A DNA stretch of 64,000 bases from Camelus dromedarius (GCF_036321535.1 NC_087437.1:55988001-56052000), one strand, 5' to 3'. Shown: positions 1 through 14,318, numbered from the stretch's first letter. A program made the numbers and translations. The notes: a model not told the origin generated them from the letters alone.

Positions 1-189
1 AGACCACTTGAAGACACAGGGAGAAGGCGACGGCCAGCAAGTCAAGGAGAGAGGCTTCAGAAGGAAGCAAACCCTCAGACACCTTGATCTGGAACTTCTA
101 GCCTCCAGAACTGGGAGAAAATAAGTGTCTGCTGTTTAAGCCACCCAGTCTGGGGTGTTCTGTTACGGCAGCCCTGGCAAACCAATAGA
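1..189 (+). mobile_element. MaLR LTR 3' part (MLT1B-like), cut by window edge
   Basis: MLT1 3' motifs: accttgatctggaacttctagcctccagaactgggagaaaataag...gtttaagccacccagtctg...gcagccctggcaaaccaata. Confidence 0.85.
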
Positions 190-1524
190 CCACATTTTAA
201 CAATGAAATTATTAGTGAGGTAGGAATCAATAGCTTCACTTACAGTTGAGAAAACTAAAAATCATAAGTAATTGACTTTAAACCCAATGATGTCTTTCGC
301 CTCTCTGCTATATTTTCCCAAGTGGTAAGCTGGTGAGAAACAATTCAAGTAACTATATTAAAGCACTGTAATGTTTAATTCAGTGTTCTCTTCACCAAAG
401 TATCATGAAATTGCCTTGGTAGGCCCATTTTGACATTAACGCAGCATGGGAAACAAGATTATGGAAAACATGGAGTTCCAAATGAAAATTAAAATACCTG
501 GCTTCCTTTATAATTTCCCAGGATAAGGCAAAAAAAAAAAAAAAATCAAGGCAAATGAATCTTCTCTTCTAGGCATTCTGGAATGTACATCTGTTTTTAT
601 TTATGGTACTTAAACCTCCCATTGTGGTTTATTCTGAAAAGGAGTTTGATCAAGACTCTCTTCCTCTAAGCATATCATTTCACTTTATTGTAAGTAAAGA
701 AGTGCTTATAATAATGCAGAAAGCTCACAAAGGAAAGATACATTCCTGGGATTACTTTAATTAGCTGGTAAAGTTCCTGGAAAAAAAAACAAAACTGAAA
801 ATCCATCATACCAGAGAATCAGACAGAGAAGTTGGCCCGGGAAATGTCATCCTAATTTTGTAAAGCAGAATTTCTAAGACTCCATGCAAACTCTGATCTG
901 GTCAAATTAAAAGTGAAGTTTTTAACAACAGGGTTGGACTCTAGCACAGCATAATCCTTTGGTAGAATATTATCCACCCACTGAGACTAATGAGCCCTGC
1001 AAAGATGCTCGTGAACATATTTGAAAGAAAAAAGCAGACTGGATAAAACGATGTGTAGTTTGAATCCATGGATGGGATATAAATCCATAAGAAAAATGTT
1101 ACTCACCCAATGTTAATGGGATCTGTGTTCAAGTAGAGGCAGGGAACTTCAGGACTTAATTAATCAACCACTATTTTTTTTCCTGTTTTCTAATCTATTA
1201 TTTATCCTGTCATGAAGTAACAGAAATGGAAGTAGAATGAGAAAGTAAGCAAAAGTCCAGGTTTATCATGATTTCCTGCCTAAAGAAATATACTAGACAA
1301 GGAAGCACTTAATCTTGGAAGAAAGTCTTTTAATGCCATCAGTGAATTTGCTTTCTCTAGTTTAAGTCAGACAAGTGGAATTCTGAGATGCTGTGTGTGA
1401 GTGAGTGTGTGCACTTGCGTGTGCGTGAGCGTTCGTGCGTGTGTGAAGGGCATCATAATTAACTAAATGCACAAGGGCAAATAGCTATGGGGAACTTGCT
1501 TGTGAACTCCTGTTCTCTTAATCT

Positions 1525-2015
1525 GTTTCCCACACTGAAGTCAGAATGCTCTTTCTAAAATGCGAATCTGATCTTACCCCTGTCTGATTTAAACATTCAA
1601 AGGCTCTCCCCGTCTGAGGGCAAATCCATATTCCTTAAGTGACTCCCAAGCTCCTGCCTGATCAGTTCTGGTTTACCTGCCCAGACTCCTCACTATTCTC
1701 TATTGCTTTCTGGACTACAGTCCTGTTGAATTTGATCCATTTACTCTCTACCTTCTGAGTTCCTACGTTCCTTTTTTCAGAAAATTCTCCTTCTGAATCT
1801 CTGCCTAATTATTTCTTACTCATCTTTAGTGGTTTGCTTAGACATCATTTTCTCTGCTGTGTCTGCCACGAAGAACCAAGTCCCATATGCCGGGACAGAC
1901 CCCTGAACTCCCTCTTATAGTGCCTCCCTCACAGTAGTCCAGCCATCCAGGGACATACCTGAGTTCTCCACTGGTTCTCTATGGGCAGAGTTCTGAAGAT
2001 GTTATTGTTTACCAG
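1525..2015 (+). mobile_element. L2 LINE fragment
   Basis: L2-like gtcagaatgctctttctaaaatgcgaatctgatc...caaatcca...cttactcatcttt; highly degenerate. Confidence 0.6.
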
Positions 2016-3499
2016 TATACGGAAGAAGATTAAGAGATTTTGCAAGTTTAAAAAAATTAACTTATTTGCAGAAAACCAAAATAGGACAATATTCTCTCTT
2101 TTAATTTGAAGGTATACTCAACTCACAAAAAGCTGTGTCTCTATGTGGCTCTGCCTGGCTGTTACACTCCTGGTGATTAACCCTCGTTGGCACATCTTGG
2201 CTTTTCAATAACTGGATGAAAGGCTGTTCATGTGGTTGTCCACTCATCAACCACGTGAGGGCTCTTGCTTAAAGTGTCACTGTGGGGTTAGTCACCAATC
2301 ATGTGTGATAGGGACACAGGGCATGGGTGTTTCAATATACATCAATATCGATTTAGTAAGAGATGCTAGCATTGTGAGGGCTACATCAAGCAAATAAACA
2401 GACAGTAATCAGATAGTGAGTTAAGTACAAGAGTGATGTGGGAACACAGAAAGAACACTTAACTCAAAACAGGTGGCATCTATTATTATTACCAAGTTTT
2501 TCAAATTATAGTAGCTGGTTAAAAATTATATCACTCTCCTGATAGCTATTTCCCAAAAGGAGTTTGGTTAAACTGGAACTAGTAAGTCATTCTTAAGAAA
2601 CAAAAATAAAAATAAAGTGATGATAATGATGAGGATCTGTTAACAAACTGATTAACTGAAAGACATGTACTTAAATAGACTTAGACTTCAGGTAGCTATC
2701 TGATGGTGGATTCATCTTTGTAAAGACATGCAGATTTGTCTTCTTGCCACGTGGGATGGGGCAAGGGTGAGACATGTAAGAAGAGGAAAAATAGACAAAT
2801 AAAACCTGTAAATTCCAAAAAGAAAACAGATTTTCCTTGTAAATATTTTCCCTTAGGACTTCTGAGATCCTTTAGGGAAATGATGATTTTAACAACCCTG
2901 GCTTTATATGCTGCTGGGATTTCAAATAACTTTTCCAGAACCAGAGGGTAAATGGAATGACCTTAGCTGCCAAATGCTGATGGCTTCAAAGTCCTCTATG
3001 AGAAGAAAAAAAAAAATTAAGAGTCAATTAAATCATCACTTCATCATTTTTGCATATGAAATACTGCACTGAGGCCAAGAATTTGGTGTGGGTTGGATAT
3101 CAATAAATCTGATTTGATCCCATTTTTTAAAAATAGAAAGATGATTTATCTTTTCTTTGTATTTGTCCTCAAGAAAAATACTTCTTTGGGAATTTATTGT
3201 CTACTAGGGAGAAAAATATTTTGGTGGCAAAATATAGACAATAAATAGCTGATTTATCATGAGCACTTACTACTTACAGGCAAGGAATTAGAGAGAGACA
3301 CATGAAGAACAGTGTATGTGCTGGTCTTTGAGGAAAAGACGTGACTTGGATATGAGCAGTGGGTACTCAGCTAAGATTTGTTAAACTAAAAGAATGAACG
3401 GATGTATGGATGAATACTTCTGGTCTACATGAAATTGGAGAATTTCTAGAATTTTCTTGTCATTGAAATTACATTCTCCAGTTGTACCAAATAATTTGT

Positions 3500-3790
3500 A
3501 TTCTTTCTGAGAGGACAGAGGACCAGGAGGTATGGCTATGTAAGAAAGCACATGATTGGGAAAGAGAAGAAAGACTCTATGAAGGAGGGCACACTTGATA
3601 GACGAATAGGGTTTGACAGCTGAAGATGGATACAAAAGGGTATTCTAGGTGAAGTAACTATAATTTGAAAAAAGCAGGCTATGTACTGAGAAGGAAGTTC
3701 CAGCTGGAACTGAGGTTGGTAATGTGGAGAGTGGGAAGTTAGGCTGGAGGAGAGATTTACATTGTGAACGTACTTGAATGAACACAGACA
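3500..3790 (-). mobile_element. L2 LINE fragment
   Basis: Purine-rich antisense L2 pattern (gggtattctaggtgaag...gtgggaagttaggctggagg...ttgaatg). Confidence 0.45.
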
Positions 3791-4034
3791 CCAACACTGA
3801 GCCCACAACATCCTCTGTGGCTTGAGTCAAAATGAGGGTCTCAGTGCCTCCTCTGCTTTCTCTGGGGGGTCCTGTGGCTTCTCTAGTGCCTTGGTCTTAG
3901 CTGGGTGCCTTCTTCATCTATCACTCTGGTCTAATCCCTCTTCCCAAAAGACACCAGCATGCTCTCAAGCCAGCGTCTTCAGAGACACAGAAAATTCTTT
4001 ACTAGACTTGTGACAAAGCTCCTCAGGTAATGAA

Positions 4035-4215
4035 GAAAAGTGTGAGACCAGGACACAGGGAACATGGATTCTAGTTCTGGCTTTGCTGGCAGCTTGCTGA
4101 GTAACATTAAGCAAGCCAATTAATGTCTCTGAATCCATCACTTTATCTGTAAAATGAAGGAGTGGGGTCAGATGATCTTTAAGATGACTTCTAGCTTGCT
4201 GCATTTACAGATTTA
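4035..4215 (+). mobile_element. MIR3-like SINE
   Basis: Core ggattctagttctggctttgc...tctctgaatcc...atctgtaaaatgaagg, then tail agatgatctttaagatgacttctagc. Confidence 0.7.
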
Positions 4216-5259
4216 GATTATATAAATTCCCAGAATGAAGGGCATAAATAGTATGATCAACTTAATCTCTTTCAGAAACTTAATTGTGAGAAGACTTTGA
4301 GAGTGTTTCAGTATTTGACAAGGCTTAACCCAGAGACCCTTCGGCTTGTCCTACCTCCCCTTCACTCACTGAAGAACTTCATTCCTATCCCAAGGTCTTC
4401 CTTTCATGCCAATAAGCGATTGTGTTCCACAGTAGAAATAGCACTTATCCAGTGGTCTGACATGAACTTCCCATGTCTGTCTTACTCATGCCCTTTCAAC
4501 CAACCTAGAACTGCTCCTCAAGATATAAGATCTACTTGATAATGGGTCCAGCATTTCTGATTTTCCCCAAATTGTCATCCTGCACATCTTTGCACTCACC
4601 CTGTAGGGATCATCCTACAGAGGGCAGATTGGGGCCCTGACTACTTCAGTCTTTTAAATACTACCAGAAAGTGCTAGGATTGAGCCAGTATATTTGGAAA
4701 ACTGCTTTGGACAAGATCACAATTGCTATGTTCTTGCCTGGCCTTATACTCTGCCCCAATGACAGGGCTGGAGAGAAATTGTCCACTGGAAGTAAGCACT
4801 TAGAAGAATCTGGACAGAGAAGTTTGTGTGTATGTGTATGCTGGGGCTGGAGGGGTATTTGCATTCTGTTTCTTGAATGAATATTTTCCCTTGGAGTTCA
4901 GGCATAATATTAGGTGTCTATTAAATGCACTTGCTCTTTAGTTTGCTGTTCTGTCTCTCAATTCTCTGCCTCCATCATCAGTTATTCTATCTATAGCTCA
5001 TTTACCCTGAGGAAGAAGAAATCCACAACAGAGACCACTGGTGGGATTTCCTGTTCTGCTGGGTTTAGTATGTGATAAATCCTAATCTGTCTTAATTTAC
5101 TTGCCTGGTGTGTTTAGTGGGAATAATAGTAATTCTTAATTTGTATCCAGTTCTTCTTATTTTTTAATCTGGAACGTGACTTGTAGAAAGAATGACAAGT
5201 TTGTAAGTCACAAACCTAACATAAATTTGCTATATACCCACTGCTTTTTCCATTGAATT

Positions 5260-5545
5260 TCTGAGATCAAAAAGACCTTAAGAGTCACTTGGCCAAACCT
5301 CCACCTTCTCTTCTGGTGTGTAAATCCTTTGCAAAGTTCTGTCAATGGTCATGGTCTGGAATACCCCCAGTGACAAGAATTTCATAATCTTCCAAAGCAG
5401 CCCATTCCAGCTCCGTACAGCTCTGACCATTCCAGTGTCCTTTCATTTGCTTGCAAGAATCTGCTTTAAAATTTCTACCAACCGTTCTTCAATCCACTGG
5501 TCACAGCCACTGCAAATAAGTCTAAGGTAGCCCTTCAAATGAGTA
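5260..5545 (-). mobile_element. L3/CR1 LINE 3' fragment
   Basis: Antisense L3 motifs gaatacccccagtgac...aagcagcccattcca...acagctct...agcccttcaaat. Confidence 0.65.
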
Positions 5546-6861
5546 TACACTGAATCAATGAGTCTTTTCAGTAGAAAATGTTCCTTTAAGAATATTTTTA
5601 TCAGGGACTACTGATCTGAAGCCGGAGAGGAGGCAGCATTTCTCTATCATGGACCTTGCCTCATCCTCTCTCTCTGCGTTCCCTTGCATCTGTTCTTTAG
5701 TTCCTTTCCAGCTGTCCCGTCAGTCAGAGGTAGTCTCCCATACCCTCAAGAATTTTGTTCGAGGAAGCAGTATATCATATGGCAATGTCATTTATTTTTC
5801 CTCCATAAATCAGGCAGCCATCACTTAAGCAGTGCAGTGAAATCCTACTAACTAGTATAAACTTAAGCCACCTCAGCTGCTCCCTCAGGAAAGAAAGGGG
5901 GAAAAAAAAAAAAAAAACTATTTCTCTGTTGCTTCTCCACTTACAAAAGTTTGGGAATCATCCTCAAAAATATTTCAAAAGGAGATGTTATTTCCAGAGG
6001 CTAAACAGCACACACATGGGATGCAAAAGGTCTGTTGATTCTACAGCAACAGCAATAGCGTGGTAAATATCTCTGATTCCTGACCATGACCCAAACAAGT
6101 CCCAAAGACAGCGTGGGCAGTGGGAAATGGATTTACAAAGGAATCCTCCTCTGGATTTCTCCTTAGCACATTCACTGTCAGCTGTACACAGTCATGTGTC
6201 TGCAGCGGAGCCACACCCCTGGGCTGCAGCGCATGGTGCCCGCGGTATGAGAGGTGGAGTGCCCTTAATGCTGCAGCCCCTGTTGGTCTTGGAACAGGAG
6301 GCAGGTCTTTGTTTGTGGATCCGCAGATAAACAGATGAACACTGTAACTCCCTAAGGTCTATTTCCTGAAAGGTTTCTCTCTTCAACTTGAGTGATCTTG
6401 TCTTTGTGATTAAAGCCGAATTATTTGGGACATTGGAATGGTGAAAATTGATCCCAAGTAGGCAGAAAGTGCTGTAATGGCTGAGAAGACTCGCTCATGC
6501 CATAGATTATACATCCCATGTATACTGTATGTGCAGCAGATTTGAACAGGTCACTGAAAATGAACGTGTTTAGCTAATCTTTCTCATGAACTGTCAGATG
6601 ACTGAAGACACAGTGGTCAAGTCTAGAATCTTTTATGAACATATCCTCTTATGGAAGCTTTTATATGCAGCTGCTCAAGAATTATATGAAATTTTATAAG
6701 GAGGTGTTATTCTACTCAGCAAAGATAATTTCTAATAAGAGGACATATATTTTAAGTTATTTTCTTAGCCACTGTGGTCTGTTTTGCTGAGCTAATTTTT
6801 CACATTTTCTTACCCATTCAATCTCACTTGCATACAAGATGCAAATTTCTGCAGAGTAATA

Positions 6862-7025
6862 ATGATAATAGTAATAATAATAATAGTTACCATGTACTGC
6901 ACCACTGTGCTAAACACTTTAAATATATTATCATATTTAGTCTTCTTAACATCACTATAAGGTGAGTGGTAGTAATCTCATTTTAAGAAGAGAAAACCAA
7001 GGCTTGAATAAATTAAATATTTCAA
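6862..7025 (-). mobile_element. MIR SINE
   Basis: cactgtgctaaacacttt...atctcattttaagaagagaaaaccaaggct (antisense MIR core). Confidence 0.7.
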
Positions 7026-7830
7026 GTCTTTCTAACACTACTAATTTATGCTGCTAGTTTATTTTTATACTATAAACATAAGGAAAGAATTAACTATATG
7101 TGGTTGTGGATATATTTCCACATGTTACAGCTTGAATTGTTACACTCCTCTCTTTAAATTGTTCACTACTTTAGGACAGAGTAAATATTTCTATCTTTTC
7201 CTCCAATAGAGACATCTCTGCATACTCCTTATGCAGTGGTGGACCAGACTATTATGGAAATAGATGCAGAGACCTTAATGCCACTGTGACTAATGTAGGA
7301 AGAAACTACTGGATTCTATACCACTCATCTCTATCCAAAACACACATGGGAAACTTAGAACACACTTTGACCAAGGCAACCCTTGAAAAAGTCAAGAGAA
7401 TTACCATTCATTCAATAACGAGGACGATTCAATACAGTCACTTCTTTGACCTGGCATTTAAGGAAAGGCTACTTAGACAAACAGAAGAGAAAAAACCCCA
7501 AGGGGAACTGGCCCTCCCAGTGTCTGTGAACACAGACTTCTCTTAGGCAATGAAGATTAATGATACTGATGTTATTTTTAACCACATCCTCCCCTAGAAG
7601 AGACATCTATTTTTCATGCCAAAATACAAGGTATTTCTTTCCAATCCAGAACTACAGTGTAAGAGTTTCATATTCAGAATGCCTGGAGAGGTTAAGCTTG
7701 GTTTCCAGAACTGAGAAATGGTCAAAACTCTCAGTGGTATGGGTTCAGTGATTTATTGGTTTCGTCTACGTGAGAATGTCCCTCTATCCTTACATCCATA
7801 GATGGCAGGATGCTCATGGTCATTCCCACT

Positions 7831-8061
7831 CAGTTGACCCTTGAACAATGCAGGAGTTTGGGCGCCCATCCTCCACACAGTCAACAATCCTGTATAGCTT
7901 TATAGTCAGCGCTCCGTACCTGCAGTTCGACCCTATCTGTGGTTCCACATCCTGGGATACTGTAGTACTGTAGGTACTGTGGTATTGTGGCATTTACTAT
8001 TGAAAATAATGTGTGTATATATGGACCCTTGCAGTTCAAACATGTGTTCGGGGGTCAATTG
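7831..8061. mobile_element. TcMar-Tigger MITE (Tigger2/MER8 type), near full length
   Basis: Terminal inverted repeats cagttgacccttgaaca ... tgttcgggggtcaattg; internal ggacccttgcagttcaaac; 231 bp. Confidence 0.85.
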
Positions 8062-8089
8062 CACTGTTAATTTGACACTGCAATAGTGA

Positions 8090-8240
8090 GCAGACAGATG
8101 AGCTCAGCCAAGTCACCACACTTCTCTCCTAGTTTCAAAACCTCATTAATCAAATAGCAGTGATGATTCCTGTATGGTCTACCTCGAGGGGTTGCTGTGA
8201 GGAACAAATAGAAGAATCTATGTGACACTACTTAAAACAC
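8090..8240 (+). mobile_element. MIR SINE fragment
   Basis: caagtcac...ctagtttc...tacctcgaggggttgctgtgagga. Confidence 0.55.
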
Positions 8241-9344
8241 ACACACAAACATACAAACACCTGCAAACCTACAATTGATGTTGCTGCAATTATTTCTACT
8301 TAAGTATGTCTTCTCTGCATCCTGATGACAAGAACTTGTCATATTTTCTTGTTATCTTGAGTGTTTAGGTAGGGTAGGCATTCAATGGATGTTCATACAA
8401 ATGATAAGGATGAAATTAACATGCCTTGCCCAGTGGACACAATTCCGCCAGCAGTCATGATCATGGGTAGCAGCCTGAGAACTTTGATTAGAAAGGTTCA
8501 CAGTCAGCCTACTTCTGTAATAAAGTAGGAAGCTATCACATTAGTTCAAAGTTTCATCCATTAGTTGTGGTGGCTGCCACCTCCAGAAACACTAAGGTAT
8601 TCGACATTGGATTTCTAGTGCAAACAAAGGCAGTGATTCAAGACTCCTGTATCAGATGTCTCAACAGCACTGGACATGAAATCAGCACACACATGGGTCA
8701 CTTGGATAGTGTAAAAATCAAAGAGACTTAGGAAAAAAGGAAAATCAATTAAAACACTCCTTTTGGGGAGTACTGGGAGAACTTTCCTAAAAGCCCAGTT
8801 TGCCTCTTCTTTTCCATCTTAATCCAACCTTTTTTTCCTTCTTTTCTTTCTTTCTTTTTTTTTTTTTTTTTTTAATTTAAACTGGATCCGAAAGTATAGT
8901 GTCAGCAATAACTTCAAAGAAGCCATGATGAGTCCTTCAAGGACTTTCCCTTATAAGCAACATTTTTTTATGGCTGAACAGACCTGACCTCCAGGTCTCA
9001 TCTTAAAAGTCAAAGCTTTCCCCTTTCATGAAAGCCTTCTATGTCTGATCAGCCCCAGCTACACAGCGAAGTTAAATAGGGTCACAGTTAAGTGTGGGGC
9101 TCTAGTGTGAAGCCCACCCAGGGGTGGGGTGATTTCTCCAGTGCGTGGTCTGGCTGGGCAGCTGCCACAGACACATGTTGATTATTTGAAGCCAACTCAA
9201 GTGCTTGGAGCCTAATTGGCCTTTCAGAAAGGCTTCCTAAGGAGTCATTTTCCAAGGAGGAGTGGACTCAGTCAAAAATGTAAAACAAAAGGGAGCAATG
9301 TCTACAAAATCCCAGTTAAAATGCTGGTGTGAAAACTGGCTGGC

Positions 9345-9500
9345 TATGGAGTTGCAAGGAACTTTTAGGCATACCTTAGTCCAAACCCCTCGACTTTATA
9401 AGGGAAGAAATTGAGATCCAGAAAGGGGAAATTATTTTCCCAAAGTCATTTGGGAAAACTCCATCCCCAAGACCCTAATTAAGCATCTTTGCCTTACACC
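9345..9500 (-). mobile_element. MIR3-like SINE fragment
   Basis: tagtccaaacccctc...gaagaaattgagatccagaaagggga...cccaaagtca. Confidence 0.55.
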
Positions 9501-10102
9501 ATGTGAGCCCTCCAGATGTTTATAGTCTAAATAGTGCCAAACTACAGACATCTGGAAACTTATGCTTACCAAGCACCCAATATGAAATGTTTCCAAATAA
9601 TCAAAAATTTGGATTGAAAAATTAATATAACAGCGAAAAACATTTGGGTGGTTTCAGAGATTTCCAACCATTTATGTAAATGTTTTAATCTGGTGGAGAA
9701 GTAAACATATCAGAAAAGTACAAAGTGTTTTTTTTTTATGCATTATTGTGGCTCATTAAAATAATAATTATTTGCCTCTGGCTCTGTTCATTTCTTGGCA
9801 TTTCTTGAGCCTGGAAAAGTGAAATTCAATTGGCCCATTTCAGTTTGTTTTTAAAGTCTTCCTTTTTTGATTTTTGTGGATTTTCAACACATAATGCATA
9901 AATCCAAAACAAACACATTTTTTCATAATTTCTTTTTTTTTAAAGTAGTGTTCTCTTCACTGCAAATATTTTATTCCTACATTATGTAAACCCTTTCTCA
10001 TCCAGTTTTTAAAAATAAAGTCCATACTTAAAGCTTAAATTGCACAGATTTGTAATATTTATACCAACAGAAAACTATCCATCTGGCTATTCATCTGCCA
10101 GC

Positions 10103-10185
10103 CCATCCATCCATCCATCCATCCATCCATCCATCCATCCATCCATCCATCCATCTATCCATCCATCCATCCATCCATCCATCCA
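10103..10185. repeat. (CCAT)n tetranucleotide microsatellite
   Basis: About 20 CCAT units with one CTAT interruption. Confidence 0.97.
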
Positions 10186-10469
10186 GTCATTGACTTCCTT
10201 TCTTTTACCCTACTTACTTAAAAATGAGATTTTTGAGAATTCTTATAATGCATTCCTCATTGTACTGTTGTAACAAACTGAAATGAGGAGAGACTTGTAA
10301 ACTGAACACATCATATGATACCAGATCATATCTCAGTCTGGTTTTTCAATCACTGAAATCATGGTACTTATCAGGAGCTCAATGAAAAGTTACTGAGTGT
10401 ACAAAGCTATAAAATGAAAATTTCAGGCTGGAGAGAATCTCTAAATTTTATTTAAAACATCAGATTTTC

Positions 10470-10700
10470 TACAAGACAAGCACTATTTTAGGTGATTTAC
10501 AAACAGTAACTCATTTAATCCACATAACACTCTTTATAGAGTAGGCAGTATTGTCATTCTCATTTATATATGGGGAAATTGAGGCACTGGAAGTAAAAGA
10601 CACTTGCCCAAGCTAGTAGGGTGGGAAATAACAGAGAACATAATTCCAACCCCAGGAGTTTGGCTCTGAGGCATGTGATGCCTAATTAATTCCTTGCCAC
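10470..10700 (-). mobile_element. MIR SINE
   Basis: aactcatttaatccacataac...ggggaaattgaggcac...cttgcccaag. Confidence 0.75.
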
Positions 10701-12739
10701 TTAGATCAGGAGAGAAAAAATCCCAAACAGATAATACCTTACTATGAAGTAGAGATGGTATAAATTTGCCTTTTGGTGCCATACTTCTGTGTTCTATCCA
10801 TAAGGACAACCAGAGAGGGTATCACAGCCAGCTAATTCCACCCCAATGTAAAGTACAGTAATCCATTCTTAACTAATAGGAGGGAGAGTGGCTGAGTACC
10901 TGGGAAGTCTAAAATAAAAGAATTCACTGTGAGACATTAAGATCTGATAATGAAACAGCAGGTTATAGGGAAGGAGATCATGAGTTAACCTACACTGTAA
11001 ATGTTTGTTATATTTTCAGTAAAATAAAGTAGAATAGATCTCTAAATGAAGTAGATGCTGTTACTATTACTGACTCTTAAATGAGCAATGGACTCGTATA
11101 CCATTAATTTCCATTCATCATTCCCTGCTCAGGATTTCTCATAGCTGTCTTTCCCCTGGATGCTGGTGCATGTGTTTTGCACACTGGACATCCTCTGTTC
11201 TGGGTCTGAGCATCCACCCTCCTTCCCGTTTTCACAGAATCCAGTCCTAAAACCAGGCTTCTCTCACCTTCTTTGCCCATGTTTTTGCCTGGCCCTCAGT
11301 ACTCCATTCCTTGGCGTTTCATTCAAAGTGCTTTGTCCATTCTGGTCAATAAGGTCCTCTATTTCCACACATTTCCAGAAGAGTACCTGATAATCCCCAC
11401 AATTTCCACGATTTGAAACATAAATTTACAGTATCATGCCCAATAAGAGACAAATGATATATGTTAGTCCTTTCCTTAGAGGGAAAAATGACTATATTTA
11501 GCAAGAGAATAGGAAAGCCACTCACACCCTGGATCCTCAAAAGTGAAAACAAGTGGTTGGTAATTCCTCTGAGTCCTGCTTTAACAGAGTGCAAAGTCAG
11601 GGGTCTACTGTAAAGTCAGGATTGGGAGGAACAGGGAAGAGTGTTTAAAGAGCTATCCCAGGCAAGCCCGGGAGTCCAGAAACCCTCCATCTCTTCTTTT
11701 CAGTTGATGCACTTGCAGGGGGATGATCTCTGCCAGATGTTTCCATGTGAAGATGCTCTCATGGTGGTGCACCCAGATCAGCAGCCACAGCTCAGACAAG
11801 AGTCTGTCTGACCATCAGTGTCTTGGCTTAGTCTTTGTGGTGCCCTGCACAGGGCTTGATGCTCAGTGAACACTCCTAAAATTAACTGAAACTCTGTGAT
11901 TCTTAGAATGGAGACCTTGTGTTCTGTTACAATGCTATTATTATATTTTATTTTCTTTGGGTTTTCTTAGTTTCTTTACAAAGCACAAATGTTGCACATT
12001 CTTTAAAAGAACAAATGTATTCTCTAAGGATATAAGAAAAGAAAATGGTGATGAGTTAGGACCTGGACTAAGCAAGTCTAGGGGGAGGACAGTGAGGAAC
12101 GCAAGGGAGAAATTTCCAGAAGCCACAATGGAGGTAGAAAGCCTAGAATTACCACTGACTCATCATGTCACTTACGGGCTGTTTTGATTTTTTTTTTTTT
12201 TTTTTTTTTGGCACTTGCCAATTCCTAGAAAGCCAGACTGTGCTTCTTAAGTAAATATTATCTTGCTGGCACCTCACATATATTATCTGATTTAATGGAG
12301 CTCTTGACATCTGAATATAAAAAAGTTGGTGATCCCACCAGTTGCGACTGTTGATTCAATTCACCATGAAGTCCTTGTACCACAGGTAGACGTCATTTAA
12401 TCTCCTGCTGATAATTATTAAGAAGAACATTTTAGGAGATAGAGAAATCCAGGGATTTTTTATTTTTTAAAGAAAACTGCAGAGTGTTACCTGTATTCAT
12501 TCTTAAATATCCCCAATGTGACAGTTTCATTTGGAGAGAACTGTATATTCACATGTCAAACACGGCCAGTGCCTCACAACTAATAATCCTCTAGAAATAC
12601 CAATAGGCAATAGGAAATTGGTGACTTTCCCTCTTTTTTTCCTTTTTTCATGAAAGTATCTGATCTGTTTCTTGCATTCAACTTAAATTCAAACTTAAAA
12701 TCATATTTAATGACAAAATATTAGAGAAATCCTTATCCA

Positions 12740-13940
12740 CAGTGCTATTTAACCCCATTCTGGAAATTTGATCAATAAATCAAGATATGACAAAAATGTA
12801 TATAAAAGAAAGAGACAAAATTTATCATTATTTGAGGAAACCAAAGCAATTTGCTAAACTGTTAGATTTAATGAGTTTAATCAAGTAGCTGTATAAAAAT
12901 AGGTAATATATAAAAATGTTCAGTTTTCCTGTATTCCTTCAGTAAACAATTTAAATATATAAAAGTAAAAGATAACATCTATAGATTGGATATGCAGACC
13001 TTTAAAACAATGACTTTCATAAGTTATATATTACAGCTATATGAAGAAAACTATAAACTTTCACTAAGAGGTAGAAAAGACCTAAATAATTAGAAAAATA
13101 ATAAGATGCTTTTAAACCTTGACCAAATGATTCTGATGTTCACCTGAAAAACTGAAAAGACTAAAGGGATAACATGTCAAAAATCAAAAACGATGAGTGA
13201 ACATGCAATAATAAAGCCACAGTAATGAAAATTATCCATTAGTGAGAGAAAATTGGACAGAAAATCAATGCAACAAACTAAATAGCCCACAAACAGATCT
13301 TAAAATACAAAGAAACAATATAGAAAAAATGAGGCAATATCAACCAAGGAGAATAGTACATGAATGATATTAATGATATTAGGAAAAATGTTTATTATTT
13401 AGGAAACATCACTTTGATCTCAGCCCAATATCAAAATAAGCTATAAATGGAGTAAAGAGGTATATGCACTAAAAGGCATTTCAAATTATATATTTTAAAA
13501 ATCTAGAATAAAACACATGTGAACATTTCTGATATCTGCATAAGGATAATTTTCTTATGCTTAGAAGTAGTGAAAGACACAGTGAACTACAAAGCAACTA
13601 AAATACTAAGTGCCCTAAAATAATCAAATTATAAAACAACTAAAATAAATTTCTTATGTTAGAAGACATCACAAAAAAAAAAAGCTTGTCAATGTGAACA
13701 TAAACTAAAAAAAAATAAAACCAAAATAAACCCTTGTGTACATCAAATAACAAACATGTTGGGAGAAATATTTTTGAACAAATGTAATTAATGTTAAAAT
13801 CTCAGTATAGATAGAGTTTTTGTAACTTTAAAGCAAAAATCACTAAAACTCTAATAAATATAATCAGATAACTCACAAAGAAACAAATGCAAGATTGATA
13901 ACATTTAAAATTTCACTAAGATTTGTAACAAATAGTTTAA
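12740..13940 (+). mobile_element. Ancient L1M LINE remnant (ORF2-derived, decayed)
   Basis: A-rich tract with L1 ORF2 relics (aaaatttatcattatttg, tatgaagaaaactataaact, aaagccacagtaat, atagcccacaaacagat); no intact frame. Confidence 0.65.
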
Positions 13941-13974
13941 AAGTTCAACAAGATATTACTGACCTGTACTCACT

Positions 13975-14318
13975 AAAAGTGCCAAGATCAATGAAAGACA
14001 TATTGGCTGAGAAACTATCACAGACCGGAGGAAGCTAAGGTGACACACCAGCTAATACAACGTGGGATCTTGGACTGAATCTTGGAGCAGAAAAATGACA
14101 AGAGTGGAAAAATTGATGAAATTGGAATAAGTTCTGTGGTTTACTTAATAGGATGGCATCACATGTTAACTTCCCGGGTTTGACCATTGAACATACAATG
14201 ATCATATAGAGAAGGAAAACTGGGTAAAGGACACCTTATTTTTGCAAGATTCCTGTCCTGTTTTTGCAAGCTTGCTATAAGTCTAATATTTTATTTAAAA
14301 ATAAAAAAGTTTAAAAAG
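13975..14318 (+). mobile_element. L1MD/L1ME-type 3' UTR
   Basis: caacgtgggatcttggactgaatcttggagcagaaaaatgac...tttgcaag...aaaataaaaaagttt. Confidence 0.75.

Noticed and set aside
10040..10273. ORF with PSIH repeats
   Set aside because: It is the translation of the (CCAT)n microsatellite
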